From NCBI GenBank assembly GCA_946628545.1, contig CAMOWU010000001.1, positions 13,319-77,318 of the forward strand: a stretch of 64,000 bases of DNA. The letters are read 5' to 3'. The first letter of the stretch is position 1. Every line of letters starts with the position of its first letter. This document shows positions 1-7,997 of the stretch, piece after piece. Under the pieces are notes generated by a model, which made no database searches, was not told the origin of the DNA, and saw nothing but the letters and a program-made list of their open reading frames with translations. The stretch is from an uncultured Bacteroides sp. GTDB lineage: Bacteria; Bacteroidota; Bacteroidia; Bacteroidales; Bacteroidaceae. Position numbers and translations under genes: made by a program.

Positions 1-1
1 A

Positions 2-214
2 TACGGACTGCTGCGACTTGTCATCACCGCTGTGGTCATCAGTTACTTCGTGGACTATGCCATTCCTGGCAGCACATGGCTCGGCATATTCGCCATCGTG
101 GCTATCATGGTCCTCATCTACTTCTCATCAGCTTTGGAGAAGCACAGCAAGAAAATGACCGAGAACTTCACAGAAAACCTCAATGCTCGTGAGAAGAACA
201 ACGAACAAAAATAG
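2..214 (+). CDS. 3' end of a membrane-protein gene cut by the window edge; product not identifiable
   Basis: The frame is open from nt 2 (YGLLRLVITAVVISYFVDYAIPG...) to TAG at 212-214. It encodes a hydrophobic helix followed by a charged K/E/N tail. The listed ORF 32..214 is only its first in-window Met. Confidence 0.35.
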   Translation, partial: YGLLRLVITAVVISYFVDYAIPGSTWLGIFAIVAIMVLIYFSSALEKHSKKMTENFTENLNAREKNNEQK

Positions 215-234
215 AATCACAAAATCATAAGAAA

Positions 235-1401
235 ATGAAAAAAATCAAATGGACTTTGATGCTCAGCTTAGGGCTGATAGCATGCGGGCCAGAAATGCCC
301 CAAGAGACACCATCATCGTTTGAAACGATGACTGTCAAGAAATCTGACGTCGAACTTCCTTATAAGTTCAGTGCCAGAATGAAAGGACAAAACGATGTGA
401 CTGTTACGCCCCAGGTCAGCGGACAGCTGATGAAAATCTGCGTGACAGAAGGACAGCAGGTGAACAGAGGACAGACGCTTTTTATCATTGACTCAAGGAG
501 CGCGCAGCATGAAGTTGAGGCCGCACAAGCCAACCTTCAGGCTGCCCAGGCTAATCTTACTGCCGCTACAGCACAAGCCAACAGCGCCAAACTGGAATAT
601 GATAGCAACAAGAACCTGTACGACAAAAAGATTGTGAGCAGCTACATGCTTCAGAATTCACAGAACAGCTATAACCAGGCACAAGCCGCAGTCAGTCAGG
701 CTAAGGCAGCTGTTGCCCAGGCACAGGCCGCCTTAAACCGAGCGAGGGTCAACCTCAGTTTCTGCACCATCACAGCCTCCGTATCGGGCATTATCGGTGA
801 GATTCCTGTGCGTGTTGGCGATCAGGTGTCGCCCATGACGCATCTGACGATGCTGAGCGGCAATACGACGATGTACGCAGAGTTCTCAGTGACCGAGGCC
901 ATCATCGAGGCCATGGTTCAGAGTGGCATGAAGGCTGACGATGTTGACAAATACATCGCCAACCTGCCAGAGGCTACTTTCGTGATGAAGAACGGAACGG
1001 AGTATCCTCACAAAGGACGAGTGGTCAGCCTCACAGGTGTGGTCAATTCTGAGACAGGAACGCTGACCAGCAAGGTGTCTTTTCCCAATCCCGAAGGCCA
1101 TCTCTACTCTGGCATCCAGGGCACTTTGGTCATGCCTTTTGCAGAGAATAACGTGATTGTCGTTCCACAGAATGCAGTGGTGCGCATGCAGGACAAGTCA
1201 TTTGTATATAAGGTGAAGCCAGACAGCACGGCTACTGCAGTAGATGTGACGATTCAGGATATTGGCAATGGCAAGGATTTCATCGTGACCAGCGGACTGA
1301 ACGTTGGTGACCGAATTGTCACTGTTGGTGCAAACAATGTGACCGAGGGACTGCGAGTGCTGTATCCTAAATCGGCAGAGGCGAAGAGTAAGGAGAAATA
1401 G
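235..1401 (+). CDS. Efflux RND transporter periplasmic adaptor subunit (membrane-fusion protein, AcrA/MexA-like lipoprotein)
   Basis: 388 aa with a signal peptide and lipobox (LGLIAC). It has an Ala/Gln-rich coiled-coil hairpin (EVEAAQANLQAAQANLTAATAQANSAKLEY ... AQAAVSQAKAAVAQAQAALNRARVNL) flanked by beta-rich segments. It lies 28 nt upstream of an RND pump gene. Confidence 0.9.
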   Translation: MKKIKWTLMLSLGLIACGPEMPQETPSSFETMTVKKSDVELPYKFSARMKGQNDVTVTPQVSGQLMKICVTEGQQVNRGQTLFIIDSRSAQHEVEAAQANLQAAQANLTAATAQANSAKLEYDSNKNLYDKKIVSSYMLQNSQNSYNQAQAAVSQAKAAVAQAQAALNRARVNLSFCTITASVSGIIGEIPVRVGDQVSPMTHLTMLSGNTTMYAEFSVTEAIIEAMVQSGMKADDVDKYIANLPEATFVMKNGTEYPHKGRVVSLTGVVNSETGTLTSKVSFPNPEGHLYSGIQGTLVMPFAENNVIVVPQNAVVRMQDKSFVYKVKPDSTATAVDVTIQDIGNGKDFIVTSGLNVGDRIVTVGANNVTEGLRVLYPKSAEAKSKEK

Positions 1402-1429
1402 TGATAAGTGACAAGAGATCTTCCGCAAT

Positions 1430-4400
1430 ATGAAAAACAATATTTTCATCAATAAATACGTGATGGCGTGTGCCATCTCCATTGTGATCGCGCTGGTGGG
1501 CTACATCTCGATGAGCACACTGCCAATTGAGCAATACCCCGACATCGCACCTCCTACAGTGGCAGTCAGCACCAATTACTCAGGTGCCGACCAGAACACG
1601 GTGATGAAGTCGGTCATTCAGCCGCTGGAAGAAGCCATCAATGGTGTGCCCGACATGGACTACATGACTTCCAAGGCATCGTCTGACGGAGCTGTGGAGA
1701 TTAGTGTCTTTTTCAAGCAAGGCACCGACCCCGACATGGCAACGGTGAACGTTCAAAACCGCGTGACTCGTGCCCAGGCCTTGCTGCCTGCCGACGTGAA
1801 CAAGATAGGTGTGACGGTAGAGAAGCGTCAGAACAACATCCTTCAGATTTTCGCAGTGCGCAGTGCCGATGGCAAGTACGACGAGAACTTTGTGTCGAAC
1901 TATATCGATATCAACATCAAGCCCCGACTGATGCGTATCACAGGCGTGGGTAACGTGCAGAGCTTTGGCAACACCTACGCCCTACGCATCTGGCTGAAGC
2001 CCGATGTGATGGCTCAGTACAACCTGACACCTGACGATGTCTTCGCTGCCATAGGCGGACAGAGTTTCGTATCAGCAGTGGGTTCGCTGGGTGAACAGTC
2101 GGAAAACTCCTACCAGTACTCCATGCAGTACAAGGGTACGCTGAAGACGATTGAGGAGTTCAACAACATCGTGCTTCGCACCAGTGGTGGCGGCATGCTC
2201 CATCTGAGCGATGTCGCCGAGGTGAAGATTGGCGCCATGAGCTACACCTTCACTTCAAATATCATGGACCGTCCGGGTGCCATGTTCCTGGTATTCGCAG
2301 CCCCTGGCGCCAACGCCACAGAGGTGAATGCCCGCATCAACAAAACCTTCGAGGAGGCGAAGAAGACAATGCCCGCCGGTCTGGAATTCGTGACCCTGAT
2401 GACCTCCGACGACTTCCTCTTTGCCGCCATACACAACGTGGTTGAGACGCTCGTCATCGCCATCATACTTGTAATCCTCGTGGTGTACTTCTTCCTGCAG
2501 AACTTCAAGGCCACCATCATCCCCTCGATTTCGATTATCGTATCGCTGCTGGGCACCTTTGCCATTGTTTCGTTGGCAGGTTTCTCGCTCAACATCCTGA
2601 CGCTGTTCGCTTTGGTATTGGCCATCGGTACGGTGGTGGATGACGCCATCGTGGTGGTCGAGGCCGTCATGGCGAAGATGGAGGGTGGCATCAGCGATGC
2701 CCGGGAGGCCACCCGTCAGGCCATGAACGAGGTATCGGTAGCCGTTGTCTCATGTACCTTGGTCTTCATGGCTGTGTTCGTCCCCGTCATGTTCATGCCA
2801 GGCACCTCAGGCACCTTCTTCACCCAGTTCGGTGTGACGATTGCCTCGTCCGTTGGTCTTTCGTGCATCTCGGCCCTGACGCTGTGTCCAGCGCTCTGTG
2901 CCATTATGATGCGTATGACTGAAGGCAAGAAGGAAGGAAAGAACCTGAACTACTATACCAAGAAAGCCTACACTGCCAGCTATAATGCAATATACAACAA
3001 ATATAGCAAAAGCGTGCAGAAGTTCATCAAGCGTCCAGTCCTGGCATGGAGTCTGCTGGCAATAGCAGCCGTGCTGCTGGTGTTCTTCATGAAGAGTCTG
3101 CCATCGGGTCTCGTGCCTCAGGAGGACCAGGGTGTGTTCCTGGCTGAAATCCATGCCCCAGAAGGTAGCACTTTGCAACAGACCCGCGAAATGGTGAAAC
3201 AGGTGGAGGAAAAGGTGAAGAAGATTCCTGAGCTGGAAAGTTATGCTGTAAGTTGTGGCTATGGCATGCAGGTGGGTGCCAGTTCCAACTACGCCACCAT
3301 GGTGGTGCGCCTGAAGAACTGGAGCGAACGCCCGGGTATGGAACATCTGCTCGGTCTCGTCGCTTATCGTTTCTACATAGATTGCAAGGACATCAAGAAC
3401 TTACAGGTGATACCATTCGAGATGCCTCAGATACCTGGCTATGGCACGAGCAACTCCATCACGATGGCTGTCCAAGATCCCACCGACGGCAACCTGTCGG
3501 AGTTTGCCAAGCAGACCGAGCACTTCCTGGCCAAGCTGTCTCAGCGTAAGGAGATAGGTTCCACCATGTCAACATACTCAGAGCGCTTCCCGAAGTACCA
3601 AGTCGATGTCGATGCAGCCCAGTGCAGCCGTGCCGGTGTGTCGCCTGCCCAAGTACTCAATACGCTTGGTACCTATTGTGGAGGAGCCTATGTCGGCAAT
3701 TTCAACCAGTTTGGCAAGGTCTATCGTATCATGGCCTCCGCTTCTCCTGAATATCGTCTTGACCCTCAGTCGCTCAACAATATCTTCGTAAGGGTAGGCA
3801 GCGGCAATATGGCTCCCATCTCCGAGTTCGTCAGTCTGAAGGAAATAATCGGTCCGTCCAACATCGAGCACTTCAACCTGTTCCAAAGCATCACCTGCTA
3901 CATTACACCTGGAGGTGGCTACACCGAAGGTGATGTTCACAAGGTCATAGCCGAGGTGTTTAAGGAAGAGATGCCAGCTACAGCCAGTTACGAATACAGC
4001 GGTATGTCGCGCGAAGTAGAAGAGGCTGCCGGCTCCAATGCCACAGCCCTCATCTATGTCATCTGCGCCATCCTCATCTACCTCATCCTGGCTTCGCTCT
4101 ACAACTCGTGGTTCACTCCGTGGGCCGTGCTCCTGAGCGTGCCTTTCGGTCTGATGGGTGCCTTCGTGTTCGCTTATCTTGGTTATCGCAACGAAATACC
4201 AGGCATGGACAACAACATCTACCTGCAGACGGGTGTCATCATGCTGATTGGTCTGCTGGCCAAGACTGCCATCCTCATCACGGAGTTCGCTTCCGAACGA
4301 CGTGCCCAGGGAATGAGCATCCCAGAGGCGGCACTCGAGGCCTGCAAGGAGCGTTTGCGCCCCATCTTGATGACCGTGGCTACGATGATTATCGGTATGA

Positions 4401-4597
4401 TTCCACTCGTGATCACAGGTGGAGCAGGTGCCAACGGTAACCGCGCCCTCGCTCTTGGCGTGATCGGCGGTATGACCATTGGTACCATTGCGCTTCTCTT
4501 CGTCGTGCCGGCTTTCTTCATCGTGTTCCAGAAACTGCACGAAAAGTTCCAGGGTAAGACCCAACCCAACGAGGTTGAAGTGGAGCCCTCCAAATAA
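1430..4597 (+). CDS. Efflux RND transporter permease subunit (HAE1/AcrB-type)
   Basis: 1055 aa. The N-terminus (FINKYVMACAISIVIALVGY..LPIEQYPDIAPPTVAVST) and the TM4 proton-relay block VLAIGTVVDDAIVVVEAV match AcrB-type pumps. Two large periplasmic loops and a 12-TM layout are visible. Confidence 0.95.
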   Translation: MKNNIFINKYVMACAISIVIALVGYISMSTLPIEQYPDIAPPTVAVSTNYSGADQNTVMKSVIQPLEEAINGVPDMDYMTSKASSDGAVEISVFFKQGTDPDMATVNVQNRVTRAQALLPADVNKIGVTVEKRQNNILQIFAVRSADGKYDENFVSNYIDINIKPRLMRITGVGNVQSFGNTYALRIWLKPDVMAQYNLTPDDVFAAIGGQSFVSAVGSLGEQSENSYQYSMQYKGTLKTIEEFNNIVLRTSGGGMLHLSDVAEVKIGAMSYTFTSNIMDRPGAMFLVFAAPGANATEVNARINKTFEEAKKTMPAGLEFVTLMTSDDFLFAAIHNVVETLVIAIILVILVVYFFLQNFKATIIPSISIIVSLLGTFAIVSLAGFSLNILTLFALVLAIGTVVDDAIVVVEAVMAKMEGGISDAREATRQAMNEVSVAVVSCTLVFMAVFVPVMFMPGTSGTFFTQFGVTIASSVGLSCISALTLCPALCAIMMRMTEGKKEGKNLNYYTKKAYTASYNAIYNKYSKSVQKFIKRPVLAWSLLAIAAVLLVFFMKSLPSGLVPQEDQGVFLAEIHAPEGSTLQQTREMVKQVEEKVKKIPELESYAVSCGYGMQVGASSNYATMVVRLKNWSERPGMEHLLGLVAYRFYIDCKDIKNLQVIPFEMPQIPGYGTSNSITMAVQDPTDGNLSEFAKQTEHFLAKLSQRKEIGSTMSTYSERFPKYQVDVDAAQCSRAGVSPAQVLNTLGTYCGGAYVGNFNQFGKVYRIMASASPEYRLDPQSLNNIFVRVGSGNMAPISEFVSLKEIIGPSNIEHFNLFQSITCYITPGGGYTEGDVHKVIAEVFKEEMPATASYEYSGMSREVEEAAGSNATALIYVICAILIYLILASLYNSWFTPWAVLLSVPFGLMGAFVFAYLGYRNEIPGMDNNIYLQTGVIMLIGLLAKTAILITEFASERRAQGMSIPEAALEACKERLRPILMTVATMIIGMIPLVITGGAGANGNRALALGVIGGMTIGTIALLFVVPAFFIVFQKLHEKFQGKTQPNEVEVEPSK

Positions 4598-4617
4598 ACC
4601 GTAAAAAAAGAACGACT

Positions 4618-5646
4618 ATGATAAGGATTCCAAGACCAATTCTTGCCTTGAGGCGAACGAAAAGGCTGATGTCGGGAAAAGGACTTTTAGCAACGACACT
4701 GCTGGCAGTGATGTGGAGCCAAAGTCTGACATTGTCGGCTCAAAGCCTTCTCCATAAAGCAGACAGCTTGTTGACTGCAAGATACCGAAAAGGCGGCGTA
4801 GATACGACATACGTTGTGCGCCCCAAGACCAATTGGACCATCAGGGCTCGACTGAATGTGTCGGGCCAAGAGATTGAGGACGAAGGGCACGACCAAGGGC
4901 AATATTTCAAGTCGGAGATCGAGGCCAAAAGGAAGACCACAGTGAGCCTGGGGGTTACCTACCTTGGGGTTTCGCTGAGTGTAGCCCTCAACCCTGCAAA
5001 TCTGTCGGGGAAGGATCACGACTACGAACTGAACCTTAACCTCTACGGACGCCGCTTCGGTTTTGATGTCATCTATCAGGATGCCAAGAACTTCAAGGGA
5101 TGGTACGACCAAGAGGGCATGGCCCGAATGGATTTGCAGGAGGATATTCTGAAGGTGAAGACGATGAACCTGAATGCCTACTACGTATTCAACCACCGCC
5201 GCTTCTCCTATCCCGCTGCATTCACCCAGAGTTACATCCAACGCCGATCTGCGGGCAGTTTCCTTCTGGCGGCTTCATACATGGGACAGAATGCCACACT
5301 CGACTGGGAAGAGGGATGGAAACTGAAGATGAACAACTTCAGCCTCGGAGGTGGTTACGGCTACAACTTCGTACCGGGAAAAGGCTGGTTGCTACACCTC
5401 TCTGCACTCCCCACTTTCATCGTTTACAGCAAGACTTCCATGAAGTTCGGAGACGACAAGGTACCGATGCACTATCAATTCCCCGAGGTCATCATCACTG
5501 CTCGAGCTGCCGCGTTATATCAGTGGAGCAACAAGTTCCTTGGCCTGTCAATGGTCTATAACTACACCAATATCGGAGACAAGGATGACCTCGCTGTGTA
5601 TAACAGCAAATGGAGAATACGTACTTTCTTCGGCTTCCGCTTATAG
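4618..5646 (+). CDS. Putative outer-membrane beta-barrel protein (DUF4421-like, from memory), function unknown
   Basis: 342 aa with a signal-like segment (LLATTLLAVMWSQSLTLSAQ). The sequence shows an alternating aromatic/Gly beta-strand pattern and ends ...RIRTFFGFRL. An alternative start Met is at 4669. It sits between the RND pump and the OMF gene. Confidence 0.5.
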   Translation: MIRIPRPILALRRTKRLMSGKGLLATTLLAVMWSQSLTLSAQSLLHKADSLLTARYRKGGVDTTYVVRPKTNWTIRARLNVSGQEIEDEGHDQGQYFKSEIEAKRKTTVSLGVTYLGVSLSVALNPANLSGKDHDYELNLNLYGRRFGFDVIYQDAKNFKGWYDQEGMARMDLQEDILKVKTMNLNAYYVFNHRRFSYPAAFTQSYIQRRSAGSFLLAASYMGQNATLDWEEGWKLKMNNFSLGGGYGYNFVPGKGWLLHLSALPTFIVYSKTSMKFGDDKVPMHYQFPEVIITARAAALYQWSNKFLGLSMVYNYTNIGDKDDLAVYNSKWRIRTFFGFRL

Positions 5647-5656
5647 TAATGAATTG

Positions 5657-5763
5657 AACTTTAGCAAGTGAGAAGTCGGCCTGAAAGGCCAATATCTATT
5701 AGCCCAGGGCAACGCCCTGGGGATATAGGAAGGTTGCCCCTTCAGGGCGCACTTGCTAAAGTT
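5657..5763. repeat. MITE-like palindromic intergenic element, short copy (copy 1 of 2)
   Basis: It has perfect 14-bp terminal inverted repeats: aactttagcaagtg (5657-5670) and cacttgctaaagtt (5750-5763). Internal hairpins are ggcctgaaaggcc and cccagggcaacgccctggg. The first ~70 bp are nearly identical to 28121-28190. Confidence 0.75.
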
Positions 5764-5810
5764 GAGTAATGAAGTATAAACAAAGTATAAACAAAGTGAT
5801 CATACAAACA

Positions 5811-7223
5811 ATGAGAAAGAATATCATCCTCATCTTATCCACTCTCACTCTGATGGGCTGTGGCATCTATGACAAGTATGAGCAAAAGACACCCACACCC
5901 AACGATGTCTTTGGCACCAGCCAGGACATCAACAGTGCCTCGGGCGACGCTTCTATAGCTCAGATGTCGTGGAGAGAGTTCTTTACCGACCCGTTGCTCC
6001 AGCAGCTTATCCAACAGGTACTGGACAACAACACCGACCTTAACTCCGCACGAATCGCAGTGGAGAAGTCAGAGGCTGCACTCAAAACCGCTAAACTGGC
6101 ATACCTGCCTTCCCTCGCCTTTACACCGCAGGGAACGATCTCCAGTTTCGATGGCAATGCCGCCACAAAGACCTACAACCTCCCTCTGCAACTGTCTATG
6201 GATATCGACGTGTTCGGATCCATCACCAACAAGAAGCGGGCAGCCAAAGCCGTGCTTCTGCAGGCTCAGATGCAGCAGGAGGCCGTGCGGTCCAACCTCG
6301 TCGCAACCACGGCACATCAGTATTTCATGCTACAGGTGCTCGACCGTCAGTTGGAGATTCTGACCATGACCGACAGCCTGTGGAGCAAGTCGCTCGAAAC
6401 AGAGAAGTTGCTCTGGGAGAATGGTAAGGCTTACAGCACCGCTGTCAACCAAATGGAGGCATCCTATCTGAACGTAAAGACGCAGATTGTTGACAACCGT
6501 CGAAACATCCGCGCCGTTGAGAATTCCATCTGCCAGTTGCTGGGTGTCACACCACAACACATCGACCGACAGAAGTGGGGATCGTCAATCCTGCATCATG
6601 CCGAGGCTATGGGCAACGACGCACAAAAAATGTTCGACACCAAGTACCTGAAGATTGGCGTTCCTGCATTGATGCTGGAAAACCGTCCTGACATACGCAT
6701 GGCTAACCACGCTATGGAGGAGGCTTTCTACAACACGCAGGCCGCGAGGGCTGCTTTCTACCCAAGCCTCACGCTCAACGGCTCGGCTGGCTGGACCAAT
6801 TCTGTAGGCGTCATCGTCAATCCAGGCAAAATACTGCTCAATGCCGTAGCAGGACTCACTCAACCCATCTTTGCACGCGGACAACTGATTGCCAACAAGA
6901 AGATTGCCAAGCTTACCGAGCAGGACCTTCAGAAGAAGTACGTGCAGATGGTGATCGATGCTGGCAATGAAGTGAATGAGGCTATGGCCGACTGTCAGGC
7001 AGCACGCGAGAAGCACCAGTACCTTACACGACAGGTGGAGGTGCTCCACGAGGCATACAACGGCACTCACGAACTGATGGACAATGGCAAGGCCAGCTAC
7101 CTTGAAGTGCTGACGGCGCAGGAATCGCTCCTCGAAGCACAGCTTGGACAAGCCATGAACATGTTTGACGCAACCGAAGCTGTCATCGCTCTATACGTTG
7201 CCCTTGGCGGTGGAGCCAAGTAG
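5811..7223 (+). CDS. Efflux transporter outer-membrane factor lipoprotein (TolC/NodT/OprM family)
   Basis: It has a lipoprotein signal (MRKNIILILSTLTLMGCG) and two TolC-type repeat halves, and ends ...VIALYVALGGGAK. The first listed Met (5769) abuts the repeat element, so ATG 5811 is preferred. Confidence 0.9.
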   Translation: MRKNIILILSTLTLMGCGIYDKYEQKTPTPNDVFGTSQDINSASGDASIAQMSWREFFTDPLLQQLIQQVLDNNTDLNSARIAVEKSEAALKTAKLAYLPSLAFTPQGTISSFDGNAATKTYNLPLQLSMDIDVFGSITNKKRAAKAVLLQAQMQQEAVRSNLVATTAHQYFMLQVLDRQLEILTMTDSLWSKSLETEKLLWENGKAYSTAVNQMEASYLNVKTQIVDNRRNIRAVENSICQLLGVTPQHIDRQKWGSSILHHAEAMGNDAQKMFDTKYLKIGVPALMLENRPDIRMANHAMEEAFYNTQAARAAFYPSLTLNGSAGWTNSVGVIVNPGKILLNAVAGLTQPIFARGQLIANKKIAKLTEQDLQKKYVQMVIDAGNEVNEAMADCQAAREKHQYLTRQVEVLHEAYNGTHELMDNGKASYLEVLTAQESLLEAQLGQAMNMFDATEAVIALYVALGGGAK

Positions 7224-7239
7224 CATTGATTGAGACTAA

Positions 7240-7293
7240 GACAATATAATAGCCGCCAGCACAGGCCTCTGTGCTGGCGGCTATTATATTGTC
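7240..7293. terminator. Long perfect hairpin between convergent genes (bidirectional terminator candidate)
   Basis: gacaatataatagccgccagcacag-gcct-ctgtgctggcggctattatattgtc forms a 25-bp perfect stem. It lies between the OMF stop (7223) and the yigZ stop (7302). Confidence 0.75.
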
Positions 7294-7301
7294 CTTATCA
7301 C

Positions 7302-7901
7302 CTATAGAAACCGCAAGGTCTCGACCTTCTCGAGTTTAGCTTTAAGGCGCGGCATGAGAGAGCGACGTTGGCGAAGGGTCATGGTGCAGTCGGTGTCGTA
7401 GCCTTGGGAGATGATTTGCGGCTCCTCCTCCTTGACAATGCGCATCACGTCGTTCATGAAAGGATACTCGAAAGCGAAAGAGATGTCCTGGTCCACTGTC
7501 TTCTCAATGATATCGGCAACGGCCAATGCCTCGATAGCCGCCTGTTTGTAGGCTTGTATCAGTCCGCTTGTACCCAATTTGATACCGCCGAAATAACGCA
7601 CGACGATGATCAGGATGTCCGTCAGTCCGTAGGAGTTGATTTGTCCGAGTATCGGCTTGCCTGCCGTTCCCGAAGGTTCCCCGTTGTCGTTGGCTCGGAA
7701 ATCAGTGCGTTCAGCACCGAGCATATAGGCATAACACACATGACGGGCATCATAGAAACGTTTTTGGTAGTCCTTAACCAGCTCCTTGACCTCATCGACG
7801 GAACGCACAGGGAGAGCGAAAGCAAGAAACTTGCTCCGCTTCTCCGTGTATGTGCCTTCAGATGGTCTGCTGATGGTTTTGTATGTGTCGTCAGCCTGCA
7901 T
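7302..7901 (-). CDS. yigZ: YigZ / IMPACT family protein (UPF0029)
   Basis: It carries the motifs NDNGEPSGTAGKPILGQI and IVVRYFGGIKLGTSGLIQAYK. The listed start at 7931 is a TTG inside the heptamer array, so ATG 7901 (MQADDTYKTISRP...) is preferred. Confidence 0.85.
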   Translation of the reverse strand: MQADDTYKTISRPSEGTYTEKRSKFLAFALPVRSVDEVKELVKDYQKRFYDARHVCYAYMLGAERTDFRANDNGEPSGTAGKPILGQINSYGLTDILIIVVRYFGGIKLGTSGLIQAYKQAAIEALAVADIIEKTVDQDISFAFEYPFMNDVMRIVKEEEPQIISQGYDTDCTMTLRQRRSLMPRLKAKLEKVETLRFL

Positions 7902-7930
7902 AAATTGATATTCCCTAATTGCTAAAATCA

Positions 7931-7993
7931 AAAGCCTAAAGCCTAAAGTCTAAAGCCTAAAGCCTAAAGTCTAAAGTCTAAAGCCTAAAGTCT
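7931..7993. repeat. Heptanucleotide tandem array, 9 x AAAGYCT
   Basis: Read directly: aaagcct aaagcct aaagtct aaagcct aaagcct aaagtct aaagtct aaagcct aaagtct. It fills the intergenic gap between the A2M stop (7998-8000) and the yigZ ATG (7901). Confidence 0.95.
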
Positions 7994-7997
7994 GAAA

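Noticed and set aside
7931-7993. Whether the two heptamer arrays (7931-7993 and 29032-29115) could be CRISPR arrays.
   Set aside because: The units are 7 nt long and directly abutting, with no spacers. There is no leader or cas gene nearby. They are microsatellite-type tandem repeats.
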